Source of the DNA: Oscillospiraceae bacterium
GTDB lineage: Bacteria; Bacillota; Clostridia; Oscillospirales; Acutalibacteraceae
Direction of reading: 5' to 3'
Length of the DNA stretch: 64,000 nucleotides
Assembly (NCBI GenBank): GCA_902772935.1
Contig: CACYCR010000160.1
Span: forward strand, 19,967-83,966
Shown here piece by piece: positions 38,505 through 46,798 of this stretch (its first letter is position 1; the number at the start of each line of letters is the position of its first letter). A model generated the notes under the pieces. It was not told the origin of the DNA and searched no databases. It worked only from the letters and a program-made list of their open reading frames with translations. The position numbers and the translations under genes are program-made.

Positions 38505-40327
38505 TTGAACATCCGACCTCCTTTCAATGCGCCGTAGCCGAAGTGATCACACCGCAGACAACGGGCAGCTTCCTGCGCAGCCTGCTGCAGCGTCATCCGG
38601 TTTTCCATCAGAGCAAAGTCGTGTCTGCGTTCCTCTGCCGGACGCTCGCTGATATTGATGCGTCCGCACGGCGGCTGCGGAGACAGCGGCGCGGTCGGGA
38701 TGTCCACATCCACACGGATTTCATGATGGAAACCGAGGTATTCGTCAATGTTTGCAGCGGCAACCTTGCCTGCAGCAATGGCTCGGATCGCGGTTGCAGG
38801 GCCGGTCACACAGTCGCCGCCGGAGAACACGCCGTCATGTCCTTTGATGACGGTGTTCATATCAGCGCAGATGCGGCCCCATTTGGTTTCAATGCCCTTT
38901 TCGGCAAAATAATCGGATTCAATTGCCTGACCGATTGCGACAACAATGATGTCAGCGGCAAGGCGCTGATGCTCTTCATCCGCCTTAATCGGTGCAGGTC
39001 TGCCGCGTTTGATGTCAGAGATCATCTGCGGAAGCACCCAAAGTGCAGCGACTTTGCCGTTCTCGTCGCATTCGATCTTCTCCGGCGCTGCCAGCTCCAG
39101 CACTTCGCAGCCTTCCGCGATGGCGCCTTCCACTTCTTCCGGCAGTGCGGTCATATCGACCTTACGGCGGCGATAGACACAGGTCACGCTCTTCGCGCCA
39201 AGACGCATGGAGCTTCTTGTGCAGTCCATGGCGACGTTGCCGCCGCCGATGATGATGACGTTCTTGTCTTTGAAATCGGGCAGTTCGCCGTCACCGATGC
39301 CGCGCAGCATCTGTACCGCAGAAATCACGCCGTCGCCGGCTTCGCCTTCGATGCCGAGCTTGTTGTCGGTGTGCGCACCGATGGAGATATAGATGGCGTC
39401 AAAGTCCGCCTTGAGCGTTTCATAGGTCACGTCTGTACCGACGTCAATGTTGGTCTTTGCTTCCACGCCGGCAGAGAGAATGGAGCGGATTTCCGCGTCA
39501 AGCATTTCGCGCGGCAGTCGGTAACTCGGGATGCCGTAACGCAGCATACCGCCGAGCTGTTTGCGTTTTTCGAATACGGTCACGCCGTGTCCCATGAGTG
39601 CGAGGAAATACGCTGCTGTCAGACCGGACGGACCGCCGCCGATGACAGCAACTTTTTTGCCCGTAGCAGGCGCAGCGGCAGGTACGGGCACATCGCCCGC
39701 GTTGTCGATCGCCATGCGTTTGAGACCGCGGATATTGATTGCGTCGTCAATCAGACGGCGACGGCAATGCGATTCGCACGGATGCTCGCAGATGAGCGCA
39801 CAGGCCGTCGGGAAGGGATTGTCCTTCCGGATGAGACGGACCGCATCGGCGTACCGCCCCGCCTGTACCAGCGCAATATATCCCGGAATGTCCACATTTG
39901 CCGGGCAAAGTGAAACGCAGGGAACCGGATTGCTGAAATGACAAAGGCAGTTGCCCTTGAGGTGCGCCTCGTAATCGTCGCGGAACGCCTTGATGCCGTT
40001 GAGCACCATGCGCGCGCCCTCATAACCGATTGCACAATCGGCAGTTGCAACGATGACACGGGCGGTTTTTTCAATGAGGTCAAGCGTACTTTCGTCCGCG
40101 TCACCGTCAAGGACCTTTTCAATCAGAAGATGGAGCTGACCGAGACCGACACGGCAAGGCGTACATTTTCCGCAGGACTGGCTGTGGCAAAGCTTGACAA
40201 ACGCGCTTGCCATATCCACCGGACAGACCCCGACCGGATTCGATTCCAGACGGCGCGTCATATCCTGATACAGCGTGTCGATCACACCCTGCGCACGCGC
40301 AGCCGTTGGGATAGTTAATCTGTTCAA
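38498..40327 (-). CDS. NuoF-type FeS domain fused to a glutamate synthase small-subunit-like NAD(P)H oxidoreductase
   Basis: TTG start after GGAGGA. SQSCGKCTPCRVG (NuoF 4Fe-4S motif), GltD-like Cys clusters, and VAVIGGGPSGLTAAYFLA plus VIIIGGGNVAMDCTRS dinucleotide folds. The stop overlaps the hydA start by 7 nt. Confidence 0.85.
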   Translation of the reverse strand: MNRLTIPTAARAQGVIDTLYQDMTRRLESNPVGVCPVDMASAFVKLCHSQSCGKCTPCRVGLGQLHLLIEKVLDGDADESTLDLIEKTARVIVATADCAIGYEGARMVLNGIKAFRDDYEAHLKGNCLCHFSNPVPCVSLCPANVDIPGYIALVQAGRYADAVRLIRKDNPFPTACALICEHPCESHCRRRLIDDAINIRGLKRMAIDNAGDVPVPAAAPATGKKVAVIGGGPSGLTAAYFLALMGHGVTVFEKRKQLGGMLRYGIPSYRLPREMLDAEIRSILSAGVEAKTNIDVGTDVTYETLKADFDAIYISIGAHTDNKLGIEGEAGDGVISAVQMLRGIGDGELPDFKDKNVIIIGGGNVAMDCTRSSMRLGAKSVTCVYRRRKVDMTALPEEVEGAIAEGCEVLELAAPEKIECDENGKVAALWVLPQMISDIKRGRPAPIKADEEHQRLAADIIVVAIGQAIESDYFAEKGIETKWGRICADMNTVIKGHDGVFSGGDCVTGPATAIRAIAAGKVAAANIDEYLGFHHEIRVDVDIPTAPLSPQPPCGRINISERPAEERRHDFALMENRMTLQQAAQEAARCLRCDHFGYGALKGGRMFKW

Positions 40328-40402
40328 TTCGTTTTCCTCCGTTTCCGAATCATCTTCGACATATTTCCTTCCAAAAGCACAAATACGCCGCTATTCATAA
40401 AG

Positions 40403-40432
40403 ATTATAGCATATCTTTTGTTGCAAAGTCAT
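40403..40432 (-). promoter_or_regulatory. Candidate promoter of the hydrogenase operon
   Basis: The minus strand has TATAAT with a TGc extended -10. The -35 is weak (ATGACT at 18-nt spacing). Confidence 0.4.
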
Positions 40433-40544
40433 TGGAAACGAAAAAAAAAGATGAAAATTAGGGGGAGCTAACCCCAGACTAAAACATTACTTGTTTTACG
40501 CTTTCTGTTGTACGCCTTAAAGTTAGCACATAATAAAGATCCAC

Positions 40545-40573
40545 TTGCTTTTTTGTGAGGGGTATGGTATGAT
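40545..40573 (+). promoter_or_regulatory. Sigma-A-type promoter driving the leader of the GLUG surface-protein gene
   Basis: TTGCTT, 17-nt spacer, TATGAT. No other plus-strand gene lies upstream. Confidence 0.5.
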
Positions 40574-40611
40574 ATAGGTGCGACATAAAACCGAATATGG
40601 ACGAATTGTTT

Positions 40612-40753
40612 TGAATGATTCACTATCGGCCAGAATACATTTGTAAAAAATGCATTCTTGGTCTTACTTGTCGATGGTGAATCGTTCATAGTAGGTTTTG
40701 TGTCGCAGCAAATGAGATTGCATTTTTTGGCGTCTCATTTGAGGCGCTTTTTT
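40612..40753 (+). promoter_or_regulatory. Structured 5' leader: nested long hairpin plus mutually exclusive antiterminator/terminator
   Basis: 17-bp helix 40612-40628 with 40672-40688; it includes two G-U pairs that would be A-C mismatches on the other strand. Inner 10-bp hairpin 40632-40658. Terminator 40730-40736/40741-40747 plus T6. Alternative 8-bp helix 40710-40717/40733-40740 occupies part of the terminator 5' arm. Confidence 0.45.
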
Positions 40754-40793
40754 ATTTAGCGTCAAAGAATAATTATCTTTGGAGGGCAAAACG

Positions 40794-43010
40794 ATGAAAC
40801 ACACAAAACGGATTTTATCTATCTTTTTAGCGACGCTTCTGATCATGCTGTCAGTACCAGTGACGTTTGCCGAAGGGGATGACATTGTATGGAAAGAAAT
40901 CTATACATATGAAGACCTCGACGATGTGCGTTATGATCTGACGGCAAACTACAGATTGATGAACGACATCGACATGACTGAACAAGTCAAGTATGGTGGC
41001 GAATATGACTATTATGGCCAAGGCTGGAACCCTATCGGCAGCAGAGACATCTATGCTGATGATTCGTTCAGCGGCATTTTTGATGGAAACGGACATACTA
41101 TTTCTGGAATTCGAATGAGTGTAACAAAGTTTCCATCAGGCACAGGAAACAAATTGTATTGTGGTTTGTTCGCTAATGTGAGTGGTACAGTTCAAAACTT
41201 GACAACTTCCGGTAGAATATCTGTAAATAGTCCTTATACAAATTACGCTGGAGGCATTACAGCAAAACTGAGTGAGGGCGGTGTAATATCGCATTGTACA
41301 AATTTAGTGTGTATTTCTGCAACCGGAAAGGTTAAAGATGAAAACAACACGTATCAATATGTTGGTGGAATTGTCGGATATGCAGATGGTGTTGTTCAGT
41401 ATTGTAGAAATGCCGCCGACATTTTGACTAATTCAGATTGTTATTACCATGTGGGATACCAAGGCGGTTATTATTATAATTATTGTTATGCTTATACCGC
41501 TGGAATTGTTGGATATGGTAATAAAAACTGCCAGCGTACCGATTATTGCGTAAATAGCGGCAAAATAACTGCAAAGCACACCTATGACAAAGGTGCCAAA
41601 TCTTACGCTTCCGGAATAGTGACTTATTCAAAAGAAGTGAGTTTTTGTTATAACACCGGAGAAATCACAGAAAAAGACGAGTATAATGCAGGTATTTCTT
41701 TTGACTCAAACTCTGTGATTTGTTGTTATAATATTGGTAATATTCCTTTAAATAGTTATTATGGGAGTCGTTATGCAATTGGCAAAAACGAATGCAATAT
41801 GTGCTACTATCTTCAAGGTGCCGGCTCGTCTTCCAAGGGTGCATCCGAACGAACTGATGCTCAAATGCGACGCCAAATCACTTTCCAAAACTGGGACTTT
41901 GACACCATCTGGACGATGGAAGGGCGTGATGACTACTTCTATCCTGAACTACGAGAAGTTCCGTTGGTGTTGCTTGATGATTTCAAAACATCGATCAGTG
42001 GTACTGTGAAAATTGAAGGTGAACAAGAAGCGGATTCAGTTTTGACTGCCAACATTAACGATCTGACACCGGAAGATGCAACTGTCACCTATAGTTGGAA
42101 ACTTGATAATAACCTTGTCAGCACGACGATGAACTATCAGATTCAAGAAGAAGATATTGGTAAAACACTAACCTTGACTATTACCGGAACAGGTGATTTT
42201 AAGGGAACACTGACCGCAAGCTGCGTGCTTGGCGCGCCACATGAACACACAGAAGAAATCATTCCCGCCGTTCCTGCGACCTGCACAGAAACAGGGTTAA
42301 CTGAAGGCTTGAAATGTTCGGAATGTGGTGAGATCCTCACAGCACAGGAAGAGGTTCCCGCAAAAGGACATACACCTGTAACAGCAGGTTCATCTGCTGC
42401 TTCTTGCATTGTCGATGGCTTTACAGGCATTACTTATTGTTCTGTATGCAATGCAGCTCTGAATCGCGGCGAAGATATTCCGGCCACAGGAACACATATT
42501 CCGGCCGAAGCGGTTGAAGCCATTATCCTGCCCGCGACCTGCGGTAAGGATGGCGTAAAGTTGATCGTTACAAAATGTGTTTCATGTGGTGAAACCTTGA
42601 GTGCAAATGCCGAAGTTATTCCCGCTACAGGTGCACATTCAACTGAACTGCGCAACCAAAAAGACGCCTCTTGTACCAAAGAAGGCTACACCGGTGACCA
42701 GTACTGCACCGTTTGCAAGCAGACGATCAGCACCGGCGCCACGATCGGCAAAACCGCCCACACGCTGACAACCATCAACCACCGTGACGCCACCTACGAC
42801 GCGGAAGGCTACACCGGCGATCAGTACTGCACCGTCTGCAAGCAAACGATCAGCACAGGCACCATCATCCCGAAGCTGGTGCGATCTGAACCGCAGCCCC
42901 AGCCGTCCGGCGGCTGCAAATGGTGCGGACAGAACCACGGCGGCGCGTTCGGCTGGCTGGTTCGCATCTTCCACAATCTCTTTGCCGCCATCTTCGGCGC
43001 AAGATATTAA
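40794..43010 (+). CDS. Secreted GLUG-motif surface protein with C-terminal Cys3-His repeat modules and a CxxCGxxH amphipathic tail
   Basis: GGAGGG RBS. Signal peptide KRILSIFLATLLIMLSVPVTFA. FSGIFDGNGHTISGI and repeated GGI(V/T)(G/A) GLUG-like motifs. Five modules of about 35-45 aa of form C-x5-12-C-x2-C...H. Tail CKWCGQNHGGAFGWLVRIFHNLFAAIFGARY. Confidence 0.75.
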   Translation: MKHTKRILSIFLATLLIMLSVPVTFAEGDDIVWKEIYTYEDLDDVRYDLTANYRLMNDIDMTEQVKYGGEYDYYGQGWNPIGSRDIYADDSFSGIFDGNGHTISGIRMSVTKFPSGTGNKLYCGLFANVSGTVQNLTTSGRISVNSPYTNYAGGITAKLSEGGVISHCTNLVCISATGKVKDENNTYQYVGGIVGYADGVVQYCRNAADILTNSDCYYHVGYQGGYYYNYCYAYTAGIVGYGNKNCQRTDYCVNSGKITAKHTYDKGAKSYASGIVTYSKEVSFCYNTGEITEKDEYNAGISFDSNSVICCYNIGNIPLNSYYGSRYAIGKNECNMCYYLQGAGSSSKGASERTDAQMRRQITFQNWDFDTIWTMEGRDDYFYPELREVPLVLLDDFKTSISGTVKIEGEQEADSVLTANINDLTPEDATVTYSWKLDNNLVSTTMNYQIQEEDIGKTLTLTITGTGDFKGTLTASCVLGAPHEHTEEIIPAVPATCTETGLTEGLKCSECGEILTAQEEVPAKGHTPVTAGSSAASCIVDGFTGITYCSVCNAALNRGEDIPATGTHIPAEAVEAIILPATCGKDGVKLIVTKCVSCGETLSANAEVIPATGAHSTELRNQKDASCTKEGYTGDQYCTVCKQTISTGATIGKTAHTLTTINHRDATYDAEGYTGDQYCTVCKQTISTGTIIPKLVRSEPQPQPSGGCKWCGQNHGGAFGWLVRIFHNLFAAIFGARY
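42681..42860 (+). repeat. Two 57-nt near-identical direct repeats (42681-42737 and 42804-42860)
   Basis: Both encode EGYTGDQYCTVCKQTISTG. Five differences, all at synonymous third-codon positions. Confidence 0.9.
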
Positions 43011-43031
43011 AGAGAGCGATGTTTTAATATT

Positions 43032-43078
43032 AAAAAAGCAGAGAGCAGCTCATAAAAACTGCTCTCTGCTTTTATTTT
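43032..43078. terminator. Bidirectional intrinsic terminator (GLUG gene / galE)
   Basis: 12-bp perfect stem AGCAGAGAGCAG/CTGCTCTCTGCT, flanked by A6 and TTTATTTT. Confidence 0.85.
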
Positions 43079-43153
43079 CCCTATTCCCGTTACTTTTTCT
43101 TTCGGAAGAAAAAGTAACCAAAAAGAAACGCTGAAGTGTTATACGCTTTTTTC

Positions 43154-44173
43154 TTAATCATCCGGATATCCGTTCGGGTTTGTGCTCTGCCAGCGCCAGG
43201 AATCTTCGCACATCTCTTCGATGCCGCGTTCGGCTTTCCAGCCGAGCTCGCGCTCTGCCTTGGACGGATCGGAGTAGCAGACCGCAATGTCGCCGGGACG
43301 GCGCGGTGCGATCTTGTAGTTGATCGTCACACCGCTCGCCTGCTCAAACGCGTGAACCACGTCGAGCACGCTGTAGCCGGTGCCCGTACCGAGATTGAAA
43401 ATGTCGAGACCGCTCTTGGACAACACTTTTTCAACCGCTTTGACATGACCGAGCGCAAGATCGACCACATGGATGTAATCGCGCACGCCGGTGCCGTCGG
43501 GGGTGTCATAATCGTTGCCGAAGACGGAAAGGCATTCGCGCTTGCCGATGGCGACCTGCGTAATATACGGCATCAGATTGTTCGGGATACCGTTCGGGTC
43601 TTCGCCGATCCGGCCGCTCTTGTGCGCGCCGATGGGATTGAAATACCGCAGCAGGCTGACCGACCATTCACGGTCCGCATTCTGAATGTCGCGCAGAATC
43701 AGCTCGATCATGAACTTCGTTGTGCCGTACGGATTGGTTGTACCGCCGGTCGGCATCGTCTCTTTCAGGGGCGAAACATTGTTCATGCCGTAGACAGTCG
43801 CGCTGGAGCTGAACACAATGCGCTTGCAGTTGTTCTTGCGCATGACGTCGCAGAGGACGAGCGTTCCGTTGACATTGTTATCGTAGTATTCAAGCGGCTT
43901 CTGTACGGATTCACCGACGGCCTTGAGACCGGCAAAGTGGATCACCGCATCGATGGATTCCGCTTTAAAAATCTGATCCAGACCGTCCGCGTTGCGGATA
44001 TCACACTCATAGAAGGCAAATTCTCTGCCGGAGAGTTCTGCGATCCGCCGCAACGCTTCCCGCTTGCTGTTGTAAAAATTATCTACGACCACGACATCGT
44101 AGCCGGCGTTCATCAGTTCAATACAGGTGTGAGAGCCGATATATCCGGCGCCGCCCGTAACAAGAATTGACAT
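43154..44173 (-). CDS. galE: UDP-glucose 4-epimerase
   Basis: [20 protein letters not shown] catalytic motif, 339 aa. Confidence 0.93.
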   Translation of the reverse strand: MSILVTGGAGYIGSHTCIELMNAGYDVVVVDNFYNSKREALRRIAELSGREFAFYECDIRNADGLDQIFKAESIDAVIHFAGLKAVGESVQKPLEYYDNNVNGTLVLCDVMRKNNCKRIVFSSSATVYGMNNVSPLKETMPTGGTTNPYGTTKFMIELILRDIQNADREWSVSLLRYFNPIGAHKSGRIGEDPNGIPNNLMPYITQVAIGKRECLSVFGNDYDTPDGTGVRDYIHVVDLALGHVKAVEKVLSKSGLDIFNLGTGTGYSVLDVVHAFEQASGVTINYKIAPRRPGDIAVCYSDPSKAERELGWKAERGIEEMCEDSWRWQSTNPNGYPDD

Positions 44174-44275
44174 ATTGCTTCACCTCGTTTATAATATGAG
44201 CGGGCGGAAATCCACGCCGCTTGTTCTATTATACTGGATAACGAACGATTTTTCAAGAGATAAGGGGTTTTTTCT

Positions 44276-45124
44276 TTGGAGCTTTCCGATTATTCCGTTG
44301 TGCGGTCCATTCTCACAAAACACGGCTTCACTTTTTCCAAGGCGCTCGGCCAGAACTTTCTGATAGATCCGACTGTCTGTCCCCGCATGGCAGAGGCCTG
44401 CGGCGCGGAAAATGCCGTCGGCGTGCTGGAAATCGGACCGGGCATCGGTGTGCTGACAAAGGAGCTGTCGCAGGTTGCCAAAAAAGTTGTCGCCGTCGAG
44501 CTGGATACGCGGCTGCCCGAAGTACTGGCAGAAACGCTCGCGGACTGCGGCAACGTGACGATCGTTCCGGGCGATATTCTGGCGCTGGATCTGCCGACGC
44601 TTCTGCAGGAGCAGTTCGGCGACGGCCCGGTTGCTGTCTGCGCAAATCTGCCGTATTATATCACATCGCCGGTCATCATGCGCCTGCTGGAAAGTGATCT
44701 GCCGTTTGAGACGATCACGGTCATGGTACAGAAGGAGGTCGCCGACCGGTTGTGCGCCGCGCCGGGGACAAAGGCCGCCGGCGCAATCACCGTCTGCGTG
44801 GATTATTACGCCAAAGCACAACAGCTGTTTTCGGTACCGAAGAGTGCGTTTCTGCCTTCGCCGAAAGTAGATTCCGCAGTGATCCGGCTCAAAAAGCGGG
44901 CTGCACCGCCTGCCGCCGTCAAGGACAAAGCGGCGTTCTTCCGCTTGGTGAAAGCAGCGTTCGCGCAGCGAAGAAAAACGGCGCTCAACTCCATCAGCAA
45001 CACACTGGGCACCGACAAGGCGAAGGTCGCCGCCGCGCTGGAGACCTGCGGTATCGCCCCGGACGCCCGCAGTGAAACACTGACCACCGCACAGTTCGCA
45101 GCGCTGCTGGATGCGCTTTCCTGA
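44276..45124 (+). CDS. rsmA: 16S rRNA (adenine1518/1519-N6)-dimethyltransferase
   Basis: TTG start after AAGGGG. KALGQNFL, LEIGPGIGVLT and ANLPYYIT motifs. Confidence 0.9.
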   Translation: MELSDYSVVRSILTKHGFTFSKALGQNFLIDPTVCPRMAEACGAENAVGVLEIGPGIGVLTKELSQVAKKVVAVELDTRLPEVLAETLADCGNVTIVPGDILALDLPTLLQEQFGDGPVAVCANLPYYITSPVIMRLLESDLPFETITVMVQKEVADRLCAAPGTKAAGAITVCVDYYAKAQQLFSVPKSAFLPSPKVDSAVIRLKKRAAPPAAVKDKAAFFRLVKAAFAQRRKTALNSISNTLGTDKAKVAAALETCGIAPDARSETLTTAQFAALLDALS

Positions 45125-45136
45125 GGAGGGTATGAA

Positions 45137-46471
45137 ATGAAGCCAAACAACGCAACCGGAACCCGCCGGCAGCGTGACAGGTTGATTTTTGTGAAGATTC
45201 TTTTGCTGCTGGCGGCAATGCTTTCGGGTTATTTCTGCATGGGCTTCGCACTGGACATACCGATCGCGTACACAGAAGACCCGGAGGTCTTTCGCAACGT
45301 CCTTGTCCAGGGTCCCCGCTTCCAATTGGAAAAAAGCGTTCCGTTCCGAACGGAGATGGACCGGCTGTTCCATGATATTACGGATTATGCATTGGTATAT
45401 CAGGATCTCGAAAACTTCCCGAACGCCGCCTTTCTGCAGGCACAGGAGCAGCAGGAAACGGCAAGGGTCGAAGAAATGATTCAGATTACACTGGAAATTC
45501 TGGACTATGAGATCCGGGAAAATGCAGTCGATGAAGCGCATGTGGAAGAAGGCTTCCTCACCCGGAAGATCGTGGACGAAAAATCGGTGTATTCAATCAA
45601 TCGGACCGCGATTGACGCCTTTTATTACGGGCAGCGGGATCAGATGATCGAAGCCGCAAAGATGAGTTATCCGTTCTATCAGAAGATCCACAGCGAACTT
45701 GAAGATCTGCACGGCGCGGTCTACGCACTCTACGACCGGGAACACGAGCGGCTGTTCACTAATACCGGCTGTACCGATCCGCAAAACCTGCAGGCACTGT
45801 TTGAAAAGAAACCGAATCATCTGTTTCGTATCGACGGCGGCTGCACACAGGCAGACACCGCCGTAACGAAACCGTTTTGCAAAGCACTGGACGCCATTGC
45901 CGCTGCGCAAAACGCGCCCTTTGATTTTTATTTTGCGTTCGGTGACACCTTCTCGGTCACGGCAGCTTGTGCAGCAATGCCGGCGGCACACACAACCATG
46001 TTCCGCCGGATGCAAAAGCAGATACTGCTGAGTGCAGTCTTGCTGCTTTGCAGCGCTGTTGTCACATGGCGGTTCCTTCGTTTGTGCGGCAAACAGCACA
46101 GAGCCGATAACACACACCTTAATACCTTCGACAAATTGCCGAACATTCTGCATCTGCTGTTGCTGCTGCTTCCGCTGTCCGTCCAGGTCGGCTATACGGC
46201 AATCCAGATCGACTTTCTTCTGCACCCGGAAATCATTACCGGCATTGTGCTTGCACCGGACCTGTTTGTGTTCCGGTCAAAGCTATGTGCAGCCGCGTTT
46301 ATGTTCTGGCTGCTTCTCCTGCTCGGTTTTCTGCGGCGGCAGCGCAAAAACAAAACAATGCTGAAAAACATGCTCCGGCATCACAAACCCGCTGCCGAAC
46401 CGTCGACACCGGACGACACTACCGCCGTTGAAACACCGGGAACCGACGAAGAAGGACAAATATCTCTGTAA
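45137..46471 (+). CDS. Hypothetical membrane protein (N-terminal TM, about 250-aa extracytoplasmic domain, C-terminal TM bundle)
   Basis: GAGGAGGG RBS. Hydrophobic segments at about residues 17-40 and 295-400. No catalytic or output domain recognised. Confidence 0.55.
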   Translation: MKPNNATGTRRQRDRLIFVKILLLLAAMLSGYFCMGFALDIPIAYTEDPEVFRNVLVQGPRFQLEKSVPFRTEMDRLFHDITDYALVYQDLENFPNAAFLQAQEQQETARVEEMIQITLEILDYEIRENAVDEAHVEEGFLTRKIVDEKSVYSINRTAIDAFYYGQRDQMIEAAKMSYPFYQKIHSELEDLHGAVYALYDREHERLFTNTGCTDPQNLQALFEKKPNHLFRIDGGCTQADTAVTKPFCKALDAIAAAQNAPFDFYFAFGDTFSVTAACAAMPAAHTTMFRRMQKQILLSAVLLLCSAVVTWRFLRLCGKQHRADNTHLNTFDKLPNILHLLLLLLPLSVQVGYTAIQIDFLLHPEIITGIVLAPDLFVFRSKLCAAAFMFWLLLLLGFLRRQRKNKTMLKNMLRHHKPAAEPSTPDDTTAVETPGTDEEGQISL

Positions 46472-46546
46472 AGAATATTCATTTACAGCTAAAAATCTTT
46501 GTAAAGGTAAAAACTTCCCCATGTTGAAAACTCCGTGAAAAATGTT

Positions 46547-46618
46547 AAAAAGTCAAAGTTTTCAACACAGAATTTCGATTTTAGAATCATTTTTGCAGAA
46601 AAAAGTAAAGTTTTCAAC
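46547..46618 (+). repeat. Iteron-like direct repeats AAAAAGT(C)AAAGTTTTCAAC x2, plus related copies nearby
   Basis: Copies at 46547-46566 and 46599-46618 (19/20 identical with one indel, 52-bp period). Inverted core GTTGAAAAC at 46523-46531. Partial copy AAAAAGTCGAAAA at about 46697. Confidence 0.6.
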
Positions 46619-46735
46619 TTTACTAACGGGTTTTTCCACGGTTTTGGCGCGGATTATTCATTTGGCGTGACCTCAAGTGAATAAATCTGATTTCGAAAAA
46701 AGTCGAAAATCCACAGTCCAACTGATTTCCAATAG

Positions 46736-46778
46736 CAAAAAATGCTGTATCGAAAGAAAACGATACAGCATTTTTATT
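46736..46778. terminator. Bidirectional intrinsic terminator after the SufBD-like gene
   Basis: 11-bp perfect stem ATGCTGTATCG/CGATACAGCAT, flanked by A6 and T5. Confidence 0.85.
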
Positions 46779-46798
46779 CATTGTGCAAGCGGCAAAGC

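Noticed and set aside
42681-42860. Diversity-generating retroelement (template/variable repeat pair) inside the GLUG gene.
   Set aside because: The five differences between the 57-nt copies are synonymous third-position changes, not adenine-specific. Both copies are in-frame parts of tandem protein modules. No reverse transcriptase is nearby.
43089-43118. Perfect 13-bp inverted repeat GTTACTTTTTCTT-TCGG-AAGAAAAAGTAAC.
   Set aside because: It is an isolated AT-rich hairpin between the bidirectional terminator and the galE stop. It is most simply an accessory terminator or stabiliser structure. No repeats of it occur elsewhere in the window.
46466-46488. dif/XerCD-like site at the convergent gene junction (imperfect palindrome CTGTAAAGAAT/ATTCATTTACAG).
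   Set aside because: It lacks the conserved XerD-arm core (TTATGTnAAnT) of known Firmicutes and Proteobacteria dif sites in either orientation. It is more simply an AT-rich hairpin spanning the stop codon.
46547-46618. Possible degenerate CRISPR array (GTTTTCAAC-type repeats with regular spacing).
   Set aside because: There are only two good direct copies of about 20 bp with a 52-bp period, too short for a repeat-plus-spacer unit. A third copy is inverted. No cas genes or leader-like context are present in the window.
46542-46682. 46-codon ORF (MLKSQSFQHRISILESFLQKKVKFSTLLTGFSTVLARIIHLA) as a possible type I toxin.
   Set aside because: No Shine-Dalgarno sequence precedes the ATG, and the hydrophobic stretch is weak. 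The AT-rich sequence produces it by chance as easily as not. It is mentioned only as something ribosome profiling could settle.
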